A DNA stretch of 59,859 nucleotides, counting the filler, from Porpidia crustulata (taxonomy: Eukaryota), in NCBI GenBank assembly GCA_964255105.1. It is 3 parts of 3 records of this genome, joined end to end, with 100 filler letters (N's around TTAATTAATTAA, not from the genome) between each part and the next. Parts side by side here need not be neighbours in the genome. Positions count along the whole stretch, not along the records: positions 20,063 to 39,943 come from CAXUWE010000130.1; positions 40,044 to 59,859 come from CAXUWE010000132.1; 1 more part is not named here. One strand, written 5' to 3'. How positions within the stretch are numbered: position 1 is the first letter of the stretch; each line of letters starts with the position of its first letter. The translations under genes were made by a program, and so were the position numbers. Under the pieces are notes generated by a model. It saw only the letters and a list, made by a program, of their open reading frames with translations. It had not been told where the DNA came from and did no database searches. This document shows, piece by piece, positions 35,420 through 48,429 of the stretch.

Positions 35420-38400
35420 ATGGCTGAACCAAAGAGAAAGCCTCCGAAGTTGGGACCCCCTAAGGACAAGACGACAGAATCGCCAGCTCCTCCTGTTGCG
35501 CGAAAACCCCCTAAACTCCCCCCGAAGCAGCCTTCCCAACAGACAAAGAATAATGAGTCGCAGGCAGCACCGCCTGCTGCACGTAAACCGCCAAAGCTAC
35601 CTCCCAAACAGCCTTCGCAGCAACAAAAAAATGATGACTCGTCTGCAGCACCAGCTCCAGCGCGAAAACCTCCTAAGCTTCCGCCCAAAAAACTCTCGCA
35701 GCACCCTTCTGAGCAAGGGAAACCAAATGGATCAGCAGCGGCACCATCCTCAGCCAGAAAGCCTCCAAAGCTCCCTCCGAAGCAACCTTCGCAATCCAAT
35801 AACAGCGACTCGCCTGCAGCGCAAGCACGGAGACCTTCTACAGTGCCGCGAAAGCCCTCGGCAGTAGCTAGAAAACACTCAAATGCTTCACAGGCCAGCT
35901 CTATGGTCTCCCAGAAACAGGCCCAGGATTATAAGGTCTCGGAGGATCAGGACCTAAAGTCATTGCTGTCAGATGAACAATGCGCAGACCTGACCTTCCT
36001 CATTGCTAGCATCATGAGTCAAATGAGAAAGACCATTGCCGATAACTTTGACGCCGCGGCTATGCTGAATAAGAACCTGCTCGCCGATGATGATACCAAG
36101 GGCCAAACCGAAGAGGAAAAAATAATGAATGCCAAAATCGACCCAGGCACTGTCGATGTAGGAGAATATGACAAAGAGCGTAAAGTCCGCGCGGCGAGGG
36201 AGAAAGAAATCAAAAAGCCAGAGACACAGAAGCTCAAACAGGCAGCTCTTCAATGGTTTGACGATTGGCGAGAGGTTGTCTTGAAACGTGTTGGAGAAGT
36301 AGTCAGCTCCAAGAAGACAGCATCGGAACAGAAGGATGAGGCTAGTTCCAAAGAAAAGGACATTCGTCCCACACCATCGAGGATGCAATCTGTGCAGAAG
36401 ATCGATACAAGCGCCAAAAGTGGGGAATATAGTGCCCCAAAGTTGGAGGAATTGCTCCCACGAATTCGAACGCCACTGACTAAATTGCCAATGGATAAGC
36501 GGGTATTGGTCCTTCATTCAACGCTTTTGTTGCTCTTGAGTTTGGAACATTACAACGCTGCTTCCAGGGTGTTGCTCCTCAATTTGGCATCAAGTCTGAA
36601 ACTCGGGCTGAAATATCTTCGCGAGGATGAGGAGACGACTGGAAAGGGTCTGCTCGAGGCCGCCAAAAGCATGTCCGCAGACGAAGAGAGACAAAAGAAA
36701 GTTGAAGAGAACAAGCAGTCGCGACAATGGAAAATCAAACTTGCCACTGCGGCGGGCGCAGCAGTCATCGGTATTTCAGGAGGCATGGCTGCCCCAATGA
36801 TTGCAGCAGGTGTCGGCAGCGTCATGGGTGGCCTTGGTCTTGGAGCAACTGCTGCAGCAGGCTACCTTGGCTCAGTCGCTGGAAGTACCGCCCTCGTTGG
36901 AAGCCTTTTTGGAGCCTACGGTGGACGAATGACTGGTCAAATGATGGAAAACCTTTCCGCAGAAGTGGAAGATTTCGCCTTCCTGCCAATTCACGGCGAA
37001 CGTAAAGAACATGGCGAGTCGGCAGAAGCAGCTACCGACACTCGTCGGCTACGTGTCATTATTGCTATAACTGGCTGGCTCCTTGAGAAAGAAGAAGTTG
37101 TGACTCCATGGCGCGTCCTCAAGCCCAGTGCCGAAGTCTTCGCTCTTCGCTTCGAACTTGAAGCTCTCATGAACCTTGGACAAAGCATCAATACGATGGT
37201 CTCCAGTGCAGCATGGGGATATGCTCAATCAGCACTCATCCAGCGAACCGTATTCGCTGAGCTCATGTCAGCGATGTGGCCTATGGCTTTAATCAAAGTT
37301 GCTCGCGTTGTCGACAATCCCTTCAGTCTGGCCAAGACTCGTGCGGACAAAGCTGGAGAAGTTCTCGCGGAAGCCCTTATTAATAAGGCGCAAGGAGAGC
37401 GGCCGGTTACCCTCATCGGCTATTCGCTCGGCGCCCGTGTTATTTGGTCTTGTCTCATGACTCTCGCGAAACGAAGAGCATTCGGTCTGATTGAGAGTGT
37501 GGTGATGATCGGATCACCCATTCCATCGGATACCGCCACTTGGCGCTCGATGCGCGCGGCTGTTAGCGGTCGTCTTGTGAATGTCTATTCTACTAACGAT
37601 TATCTCTTGGCTTTTCTTTATCGTACATCGAGTCTTCAGTATGGAGTTGCAGGGCTTATGCCTATCGAGGGCCTTCCAAGTATTGAGAACGTTGATGTGT
37701 CGGAGACTGTATCAGGACATTTGCGCTACCGATATCTGGTTGGCTCCATTCTCCAGAAAATTGGCTTTGAGGATGTTGACAATGACGAAGTCGAGAAGGA
37801 GGCCAAAGCCTTTGAAGCTATGGTAGAAGAAGAGAAGAAGCATAGCTACGTCGAAGGGGCCAAGGAAAATGCAGGCGAGCTCTATGACAAATATGGCAAG
37901 CGCATGAGGAAGGATGGCAAGAAACCTTCTGGAAAGGCGATTAGTGATGCTGACGCCGACAAACAAGCTTCAGCTATGGAGAAGGAAATCCAACAAAAGA
38001 CCCAGAAAGGTTTAATGCAGTGGGCTGTAGAACAGCTTTATATTTCCCGTCCATCGGTTCCATCTACTGGAGATGTCAAAGATGCCGCCTCGAATCCTCA
38101 AGGAGCCGTTGCTGACACCTCAAAGACAGCCAAAAAGACTACCGACGCGGCAACTAAGTCCTTGTATCAACGTGCGAAAGAAGCGGCTTATCTCTCTCGC
38201 TCGGGAGGACCGGAGGGTGAGCAAGCTGCGAAAGACAAACTTGCCGATGCTCAGAAAACTGCTTCTTCGGCTGTGCCAAGTTCATATCTCCAAACTGCTG
38301 CCGGCTATATACCTACATCATACATTCCTGGCTTAGGATCAGCTGGAAAAGCAACAAATAATGCCAAGGGTCCAGTCGATGACGCACAGAAGAAAGCTGC

Positions 38401-39943
38401 GGAGGCTTCCAAACAGGCGTCAAAGGCAACAGGAGATACGCAGAAGACTGCTGAGAAGGCTACCAAACCTGCCTTGAAAAAGACAGCTAGTGCGCAGCAG
38501 GCCGTGGGCGATGCGGTGAAACCTGCATTAAAGAAAACGGCTAGTACGCAGAAGAAAGCCGGTGATGCAACAAAGGATCCTGCCAAAGCAGCTGGAGATG
38601 CGCAGAAGAGTGTCGATGACACTGTGAAGAACCCGTCCAAAGCAGCAAGCCAGGTCCAGAAGAAAGCTACTGATGCTGGTGGTGAAGCTCAAAAGAAAGC
38701 CGGCGAAGCAACAGATACCGCTTCGAAAGCTGCAGGTGGTGTGACAAGCTACATTCCTTCCTTTGGCTTGGGAGGCTCTTCCAAGAAAGAGAAACCTGCA
38801 GCACCGAAACGAGCTCCTAGTGGCATTAAACTAGATAAATTTAAGAAGGAAGTTGGCAAAGCGATCGATGACGTGTCCAAGTCAGCTAAAGACACCTCGA
38901 AACCAGCTAAGGATAAAGCCGATGACTTGAAGAAAATAGACGAAGAACCCGCGAAAGGGTACTCATCCTACCTTCCGTCGTTTGGACTTCGTGGCTCGTC
39001 CAAGGAAAAGCCAGACTCTAAGAAAGCCACCAAAGCGACCAAGGGTGCAGTCGACGAAACAAATACTAAAGCGGCTAAAGCAACAGATAAGGCAGAAAAC
39101 GTGGTCAACGATGCAAAGGATGTCGCTCCAAAGGGCGCAGAAGGAGCGGAGAAGGCGACTGACGATACCAAAGACACAGCATCAAAGGCCACAGATAAGG
39201 CGGCGAAGAGTGCTGACGATGCCAAAGATACCGCCGCTAAAGGCATGGACAAAGTGGAGAAGGCATCCAGCGATGCAAAAGCGACAGCTTCCAAAGGAAC
39301 AGATGAGGTCCAGAAAATAGCCGACATCGCATCTTCTCCTGACACCAAATCCGACACAAAAGAATCAGATGAAACCCCTGAAAAAGCGACCAATGATATT
39401 CAAGACACTGCTTCCAAAGGTACAGACAAAGCCAAATCTGTGGGCAGCGATCTGCTAGCCGCAGCTGGCGGTCCGATCAAGTCATCCAGCAAAGACGACG
39501 AAACCAAGGACGAGGAACCTAAAAACACCAAAGCTAATGGCTTCGCCTCGTCCGCCTCCAATGCCGCCTCCGCCGCTGCATCCCCCTTCACCCAAGCCGG
39601 CAAATCCGTCGGCTCCGCCGCCTCCACCGCCTCATCCTACACCCCCAAATTCTCCGGCCTGGGCGGCGATGCCGGCTCCAAACTCGGCGAAATCGGCTCG
39701 GGTGCCGCGTCCGGCGTCACAACCGGGGCCTCGTTCCTGGGCAAAGAGGCCGGGGATGCGGCACGGATCACGGGCGGGGCGCAGCAGAAGCGCGGCGAGG
39801 CGACGCAGGAGATCAGCGACAAGGCGGGCGAGACGGTCGACGACGCGATCAAGGGCGATGATGCGGAAAGCAAGGGGTACGGTAAAGCGGCGTCCGGCCT
39901 CGCGGGTGTCGGCAGCAGGGACAATATGGTCGGTGGCGCCATC
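35420..39943 (+). CDS. DUF726 (TMCO4-like, alpha/beta-hydrolase-like) membrane protein with Pro-rich N-terminal repeats and a long A/K/D/T-rich tail; 3' end truncated by contig end
   Basis: GAAVIGISGGMAAP hydrophobic stretch, VDNPFS...RADKAG, GERPVTLIGYSLGARVI, VSGRLVNVYSTNDYLL and VSGHLRY. Confidence 0.85.
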
Positions 39944-40043
39944 NNNNNNNNNNNNNNNNNNNNNNNNNNNNNNNNNNNNNNNNNNNNTTAATTAATTAAN
40001 NNNNNNNNNNNNNNNNNNNNNNNNNNNNNNNNNNNNNNNNNNN
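39944..40043. other. Artificial contig-joining spacer
   Basis: Same N44-TTAATTAATTAA-N44 as at 19963. Confidence 0.98.
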
Positions 40044-40267
40044 CCCCCCGGACGCCCCGCCGTACCCGAGGCGCCTGCGTGCCCAACAAAAGAAGTATCC
40101 CCGGCGAAAATTCGCCGTCGCCGTGATCCAAAAATAAAAAATGACGCAGATCACGAGAGAGAGAGAAAGAGAGCTCGATTGCGAGCTCAAGTCCCGTATT
40201 TTCTCTACTCCGTCACAAATCCCCCCCTTTGCCGAAATAGCTCCTCAACCGCCCGAGATCCTCATAC

Positions 40268-43200
40268 CTACGCGGGCGCGACAACCGGCGCGTGCAAAGA
40301 TTTCAGCGCCCGAAACTCCGCCAGCTGCGCCGACAGCTCACGCAGGACGTCGCCCATCGGGCACGCCGTATCGAGCAAACTTCTGTCCGCGCGGAACGGA
40401 CGGACCATGTTCCGCATCGCCAGGGTCGATATGCACGTCTGCAAAGTCACACGTCAGCGTTAGCCTGCGTTTTTTTGTTTTTTTGTTTTTTTGGATAAGC
40501 TTTCAACGGCATCAACATACCTCGATCCGGACGACCTGGTGCTCGACGAAATGCACGAGGAACCTATCGCTGACCTCGCCGCCGCGGTTCTTCATCCGCT
40601 CCAGCACCGCCGTTTCCGGAGCTTTCAGCGCCGCGATCCCAGGGCTTTCGAGCGCGCTGCAGAGCATCTCCAATCTTAAGCACACTTTCCACAGTTCCCA
40701 GACACTTTGCGTCTCCATGGTGAGTTGGCTGTCGCCGGATTTGCTGGCAGGATCTGCCGACGCGGCCGCGGCTTCGGCGTCCGTTTGTTGTTGTCGTGCA
40801 ATGAGCCGTCCGGAAAGCGAGTGGGGGTACATTAGGTAAACATACTCTGGATTTTCCAGACCTTTTAATTTTTGCGTGCCCAAGTCTTTGACTTCGAAAC
40901 CTTGGCTGCTGAGAGATCGCAGTTCGCGTCGGATGGCTTGGCCTCGTATGTCATCGTCGAGCGTTTCCTCCGAGCCCGTGGAAATGGAACGGTCGGCATC
41001 GGCATAATTCTCCAATGTGCGTTGAATCTCTGCGATAAAATCAGTTGAGACGGTGATTTGCCCACCATCAGCAACAGAGGATATCCGAGATGCTCGGTTG
41101 ACCATTGGGCCAAAGTAATCCATGCGTCTCGTAACAGGATCCGGCTCGCACACCGGACTGCCCCAATGCATACCCATACGAACCGATAAACCTCGAAAGA
41201 TGATGTTCCCGTCAGAGTCCATGACTTCCGAACAATGTGGGCTGCTCAATATTTCGCTGGGCCAAGGAGCCTCCAGGAGGTGGCTCTGTACTGAGAAGCA
41301 CCAGAGTAACGCCGAAGTGGCCGTGGGAAAAGAGACCATGAACGCATCCCCCTCTGTTTTGACCTCGTATCCACCAATGATCCTCAATTGCCGTCTCATA
41401 ACTTCGTTGTGGATCTTGATTGAAGATCTCATTGCTTGGGGCCAAGTCTCCCATAGAAGTGTGGAGTTCTTGATATCGGTAAAAATTATGGCGACATAAC
41501 CAGTTGGAGCCTCTACTTCTGGATCAAGCCGCTGTAGACTCGAATCATCTGGCCGATCACCATCTCTTGGGCGTTTGCCGCGTTTCATAGGGAAAATCTG
41601 CTCGTCCTGCAAGTTTGATGGACCGAAGGACAGACTCTGCCCTCTATAGCGGTTCCGTTCACGCTTCTTCAGATCGTTGACACCGATGATCATGACCATG
41701 ATTTTTCCTGTTGCTCCAAAAGCCATGGCCAAATCTCGCACTTTCTGCGCAGCCCGCATGAGGTCTCCCCGCTCCGAACGTGCAATGTCAACAACAACAC
41801 CTGGGGTTATGTACTCCCAAAGTTCTCGTGACGCAATCAAAACCATCTCATCCTGTTCACCCAGAGAAAACTGGGAGATGTTTGGTGCAGCCATGACAGC
41901 AGGCATCATTTGAATATATCCAAAGGCACGAGAGACATCTAGCACATCATTCAGCTTGCCGTGTCGAGAAACATATCCACCAGCCTCTCGAATACGTTCT
42001 CGCTCCCTGGCGGGAATATGATTACGTGTCAGTATCCTGCGGTTGTTATCGGATTGTATGAGCATGGCTTGTGCATCGCCAACATTGGCTAGATAAAGTT
42101 CCATATTGTCGAGGAATATGACAGTTGCCACGCCGCCAGAGTTTAGGTCTTCGGAGTTCAACATTTGAGCCGCTGTCGTACCTCGATGCGTCGAATGCGG
42201 AGTACGGTGTTCCCTTTCGTCAATCGATTGGCTTGCTGCAGTGGCTAGATCCTTATTTAGGGCCAGAAAGGTTCGTCGTAGGGCATCGCATGGCGTCTCA
42301 TCGGGCTTTAGCCTACTGAGCTCTTCCGAGAAATGAGAACTAAAATTCTCATGCAGGTACTTTGCTACTTTCGAGCCACCAGTAGACGATGCCTGGCCAT
42401 CAAACATGCCGAGGAGCGTCTCGTTCTCGTGACCTCTGAATCCGGGAACGACCATGTCGATTGTCGAAAGATGCTCATGCTTTCCCAAGCTATCAGCCAT
42501 ACCATAAGCCATTGCTCCCGCAAGCGAGCCAGAGGTTCGAATTCGACGGTCTTCTGTTTGATCAGGGACAGAGGGTATAGTGAGTGTCACATCCATGAGC
42601 CCAAGAACACGAAGGTTGTGGAGTGTGGCAAAATTCGTTAAATCTTTCTCTTCGCCATCGCCATTGGATCTATCTTGTTTGATTTGCTTGATCATAAGAC
42701 GTTTATTTCCGGAAAAGTTTAGATATTTCAACGCTGCATTATATTGCCAATTCCAATCATACGGCCAATTTGAAACGTTGTATTTCAAGGAATTGCTGCC
42801 AACATCTAGGACTGCTAGCTTCGAGACCTTTCCAAGTTCGGCCGGAAGGGTTTGGAACTTGTTGCCATTCAGATGAAGCACCTTGAGTGAAGAGACTTCC
42901 TCCAAGTCGTCACATGGGAGGGATGTTAATTCGTTTCCGGAAAGATAGAGCTCGTTCAGATGTGGCCAGCGTCTTAAAGACCGCTGGGGAATGTCGACCA
43001 ACTCATTATAGGAAAGATTCAATACTCGAAGTTCTGGCAGCATTGTAATCTCGTCAAACACATCGTCATTTAATCGATTATCTGCCAAGTACAAATTGCG
43101 GAGGGAGCCCGCAAAAGTGGTGGCAAAGCGCTGCTGCTGCGAATTATTTGAGTCCTTGCGATTGATCGGGGTCAGGCTCTCGTTTGTAGGTGTTCGCGAA

Positions 43201-46200
43201 ATTACTGAGGCCTTCCTCCCGCCAGGCCCGTATATGGAGACAATTGATCCTGATCTGGTGTTCCCAGCAGGCGAGCTACCAACGCTGAGTAATCCACCAG
43301 AAGCCTGGCTTGGCCTTCGATGCCCAAAGTCTTCAAGTTTGCCCAATTCCTCGAAATGAGGACTGGCGGAAGACGGGTGAATGCCATTCGACTGGGTCTC
43401 TATCGGTGCTACTTGGAACGAGGATACTGGCTTTGGAAAGGTCTCTAGGACATTGGATGATACATTTAACGTGTCCAGCCGGAGGCATAACCAGATCTCG
43501 ATGGGAAGCTTCTTCAGATTGCATTCGCGTAAATCAAGGAATCGCAACTCCTGAAGGTTACCAATGGTAGGTGGTACGTGACTCAAGGGATTTTTGGCGA
43601 GGCTGAGGTACTCTAGCTTTCGAAGCTTACCGATTTGAGATGAGAGACTTGCGAAATGATTCTTGTCCATGTTAAACTTTTTGAGGTTCGGCATATGCTC
43701 GAACATTGACTCATCGAGCTGTGCGAGTAGGCCTGAAGCGATGTTGAGAGAAGTCAAGCTTGGAACGCAGGAAGACAAATCAAACCGTGTCAAGGGGTTA
43801 TGATCGAGGTGTAGGATGCATATCTTGGCAAACGATCCCTCAAATTTGGATATCGAATTATGTCCAACCATCAGTTGCTCGAGTTTAGGTAGTTCGGCAA
43901 AGGCATCGATGCTTGTAACATCGTTGAACCTTAGATCAATCTCTTTCAGGTTCTTGAGTTCTTTAATGCTGCTCTGGAAGTCGCCCGACAGTAAGTTGTT
44001 GGTAGCCCATAACTTTTCCAATTTCTCGAGCTGTCCGACTTTAGGCAAGGCGCGGATCGAATTGAAACTTATGTCTAGGTCAACAAGAGACTTGAGCTCG
44101 CATACGGAATCTGGAAACAATTCCAGGTAATTCGAAGAGATGTTAAGGTTCCGAAGTGCTTTAAATTGATTGAAATAGGAAGGAAGGCTTTTAAGCCTGT
44201 TGTTGGACATCTTGATGCTCAACAGACTATGCAATTTTTCCAATCCAGAGTTTTCGAGCGATTCCAGTCTATTATTCGAGATGTCAAGAGTTGTCAGTCT
44301 CGTGGCGAGGCTAAAACTAGGAGGTATCTGCCAAGCCTCGTTACCAATATATCTGATATCTCTGAGATTTATACAGCCTTGTATGAAATCTTTTGGGACG
44401 TCGAGCGACAAGTTTCGGGAGAGATTAAGGGATACAATCTCGGCTGACTTCTGATACAGATTGATAGGTATGGTGACAAGGCTACGCCCTTGAAGGTCGA
44501 CGTGACTGTACTTTTGCATCTTGCTCTGCGTTGGCTCCGTGTCCAATCGGTAATAACCGCTAAGCTTCGTAGGGACAAAAGTAAAGCGACACAGATAGCT
44601 ATTATCCTCTCGACCGATCTCTTCGATGCGATCGTTCTTTTGATATCCAGCCTGCTCCAAAAGTCGTTTTTGAATTGCGATAGGCCTTTCCGATGGTGCA
44701 AGTTGCCTCTGGAGGTCATGTTTCCGCATGATGATCTGGTAATTATCTAATTCATCTTGCAGGAACGACTTCTTTCCCAGGGAGATAAGAATCTCGGAGA
44801 CAGTAGTGTTCATACTCCTAGATATAGTTGCAAAGGTTGAGTCAATGCGGAAAACCCTTACACAATGAGGTGGACCATCGTCATCGTCGATTTCCATGAC
44901 TCCTTCAAAATCAAGCGCTTGCGCTCGCGCTGCATTATCCTCGCCAATTCTTTTAACAGCCCAAGAATCCGGAGCATCCCATTTGGCCTCCGGTAAGTCC
45001 TTGGCTTCTTTTAAGGGTTCTTCTTCGATTGCCGCTCCGGTATGAATACCCCCATAGGGCGCACTTGATTGCGAAACCAGTGCAGAAGGGTTGACAATGC
45101 CTTCCATATCTTCAAGGTTGGTGTCGAGGCTGAAAAGTGCATCACTTGCAGAAGATCCGTTACGAGGCTTATCAAATTCTTTCCCACTACTGCTCTCGTA
45201 ACTGAAGCCGCGCTTTGGTTTTGGGAATCTGCCATGACTGTGTAGCAAACGCGATCCACCTTCCTTCTTCTGAGACGGTGAATTAGAGTCTGTATAATCT
45301 GAAGCTTTGGCCGTGGAACCGCTGTCAAATGTGGCCACGCTTCCCTCGCGAGGCCTTTTCTGATACGTAAAGTCGGTGCTGTCAAGTCTGGTCCAATCAT
45401 TCGATGGGTCTTGTAGGGATCGCGTCGAACCAAGAGCATGTGAATTAAGCAATAAATCACTTGATTCCCGGTCGCCCTTGTGTCTCCGTATCTTGTCGAG
45501 GAGCGAGCGTTTCACGGAAGATCCGTTGGCTGGTGACCTTTGCCCAGATATTGGTTCGCGGCTCATTGCGCTGTTACTACTAGGGGTTGGACTTGACCCT
45601 CGCAGAGGAAGGGTAGTTCGCGACGCCATTGGAGAAGATATCTGATCTTTGAGCATTCGCACACTGACCGCAGAATTCTGTCTGTTTGTCAACGGTCGCA
45701 CGAGATATCCATTGTTCGAATCCTTGGTCGGTGGCTTTGGAGGTTCTTCCCTACTTCGGGAATGTCGATGGCCGGGAAAATGGAGTTTATGCAGATGGGG
45801 GTGGTGTTGGTGTGGGGCAGGCGCATCGTTTTCCATATAACGCTGCTTATCCAATCCGGCAGGAGCCGGCCTGACGGTGGCATCGCCATATTGCTGAATG
45901 TCCTGTGACGTCAAACAATTAGTGCTTGCTCGAGGTGTAAGGTTTGAGAAAGAGCGATCATATGCTGGTTTCGATGGTCGAATCTGGGGGACACCCAGCA
46001 GCGAGAGCCACACAAGCAAGAGACCCATGGTTCTTCTGTCTCAGTCGTAGCATACAAAAATCATTGAAAGAAAATAAAAGCATATTCAGACATGACACTC
46101 AATACGACAACACGAGATTTGCGATCTAGTGCGTTCTAGAAAAGTCCTCATGTCTGGGTTGCCGATAAGCTACACTTATTTGCGTGCCCTCGAGGAATGA

Positions 46201-47482
46201 GACATTGCGAAGTCAAGGTTGTATGTTCTTTGCGAGGATCTAGTTATTGTCGCACACGATCGCGGAAAAATTGTATTGATTGCGTGGCACGAAAACAACA
46301 AACATGTATGCTTACCTTAAACTCTTGAAATAGCCAAGGAGTAACTTCGCTCGAAGGTAAAGGAGTCCTAGGCCTCGAATTACCTGGAGATAAGGGTCGT
46401 CCATCGGGACTGAACGCATTGATTGAATTATGTCGATCTTTGTGGGAAGCGGATGACGTTGAATGTTCGCGCTGGCCCGTCGTGAGCATGCTGGTATCCG
46501 AGCTTCTTGAAGACTCGCGTCCGTTCCCCTCATCCCCAAAGAACCCTGCAATCTTGCTACGCCGTGTGCCTCTGGATATGCTTGCTCGTGAATTTGAATT
46601 TGAATTCTGGCTGCTAATAGTTGTCGCACTGGCTATTGAGGGTCTCCGCTCATCTCCATAAGTAAGTTGGTCGGGAAAGCCAGTACCACTGTGCTCAGGT
46701 CGAAATGATGGTGATATCTGGGACTTGCTGTGCCCGTCGTCAAAGAAACTTTCCGAAGCTGCTCCACCTCTCGACAGCGTTTGGCCCTCGTTTGTTGCCC
46801 ACGGTGCAATCTCCGCGCTAGGTATCACTGCTGATGGCTCTTGCTTCGAGAATGAGGGTGCGCATCCTCCAGATGTGTCCAAAAATGCCATATCTCCTCG
46901 GTAGTCGCGGATAGTACCTGTCATAGCGTACTCCTTAGGTGACACATCTGGTGAGGTCGAGAAAAACGTTGTCATCGAAGGAGTATCGTCGCTTTGTGGA
47001 CTCGAGTCTTTCTTCTGTATCCTACAGAACGCACGAGGACCTGTTAGCCACGAAGCACCCTGCATTATAAGCAGAATGGTTGAATGAGCTCCCAGAACTC
47101 ATGATAACAGCTGAGTAGCTGTTTGAGCTCTAGTGTCGGTGAAACTTAAGCTCAGCCATTGCAGCGACGCCTATAAATCTCGTTCACAACATGTTCTCAG
47201 GATTTGCCCGAAATCGTGTGAGTTAACGCAGAAGAGCTTACTCAACTAACATGGGAGGCAAATTCGTTCACGAAGTATTCCGCAGAGCAAATGATAGTGT
47301 CCTAGCCAACAAGACAATGACGGTGTAGAACAGACTCACAAGTCTTTTGGTCCCGTCCGAACTTGAATCGGCGCCCTTCGAGGGCTCGGTTCCGGTGCAC
47401 CCATCACCTTCTCATGCGCTCGCCGAATTCCTTTGAATCCCTTCTCTGAACCATTCTGCGTGGGATGGTCTCTTTTCGTCAT
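40268..47482 (-). CDS. CYR1: Adenylate cyclase (Ras-association, LRR, PP2C-like and class III catalytic domains), 4 exons
   Basis: WDAPDSWAV, RVFRIDSTFAT, an LRR array, PP2C-like LYLANVGD, catalytic IIFTDIKNST, YEVKTEGDAFMV and MDYFGPMVNRASRI. Introns ~47022-47339, ~45903-46315 and ~40439-40520; exon-1 ATG at 47482 is inferred. Confidence 0.96.
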
Positions 47483-48429
47483 TATCGACGAGGGTTCAGT
47501 ACTCCCACAACGGAGGGTCGCTGCTATAAACGCGCAAAAGGCCCAGACTTGTGGAGTAGGTAAAACGGGACGGCGATCTCCATATATGCATCCCACGTCT
47601 CGGCTACCGAGTGAATGAGGCTAGGCGTTTAGACGAGTGGGAGAGGGTACCTGCAGAACACGAATAGCAGTTCGACTCCGAACGGAACAGAGTGGAACAA
47701 TTGCTGTCGATAGCAGTGAGACAGGCTGGGCCAGCTTGTTGGGTCTGAGCGACTAGGTATGAGGTACTGTCGGCATTATAGCGGGCGTACGGGGTTCGAG
47801 ACCTCGGATTGAGGAGCCGAAGCTGAAGCATACCATGCTATTGTGGGGGACTCCCGTTATGCCGAAGACCAGCTAGACAGCTGCATGCTGGCTAGCCTCG
47901 GATTGCTTAGTGCTCCCGCTCGGCTATGGAATGCACGTGATCGTTAGTCTCAAACTCAATCCTCCCGAAGCTGAACCCTCGGTATGTTTCTAAAGCATCT
48001 CTCGTATATAGTTGTTGGCGACTTGATCTCCTATCCTTTATTAAATGATTGAATTGTCTTAAACAAGGATATACATTGTATGACTACATTTCACGGGAGG
48101 GTCAAGCAAGGACTGTCGCAATCCTCGATGTCTGAGTTACCTTAATCTCGACTAGCAACATGTAAATGAGTTTTTTACCCACTTGCTGCCTTGTACGGCT
48201 CTCAAGACACCACAGGTTTCAAAATCTCAATAGACCGAACAAGGCTTTTCATGATAGCGCCCAGTCCCAATGGCAGGCTATCCGTAGCTGCACTTGCCAA
48301 GATCATACTTTAGGGTATCACAAACGTAGAGTATCCGAATAATAACAAAGAATAATGAAAGAAGATCTTTGCATGCTCCCCCTCCAACAACGCATAGAAA
48401 GCTATCCAAGAGATCAGAATCAATGATCG

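Noticed and set aside
35356..35867. Repetitive antisense and alternate-frame ORFs
   Set aside because: Shadows of the Pro-rich repeats in the DUF726 gene; the same applies to most short ORFs overlapping the large genes.
45903..46028. Signal-peptide-like start MGLLLVWLSLLG of the 1838-aa ORF
   Set aside because: It lies inside the predicted CYR1 intron, and the upstream exon (TPWLFQEFK|DI) splices in frame.
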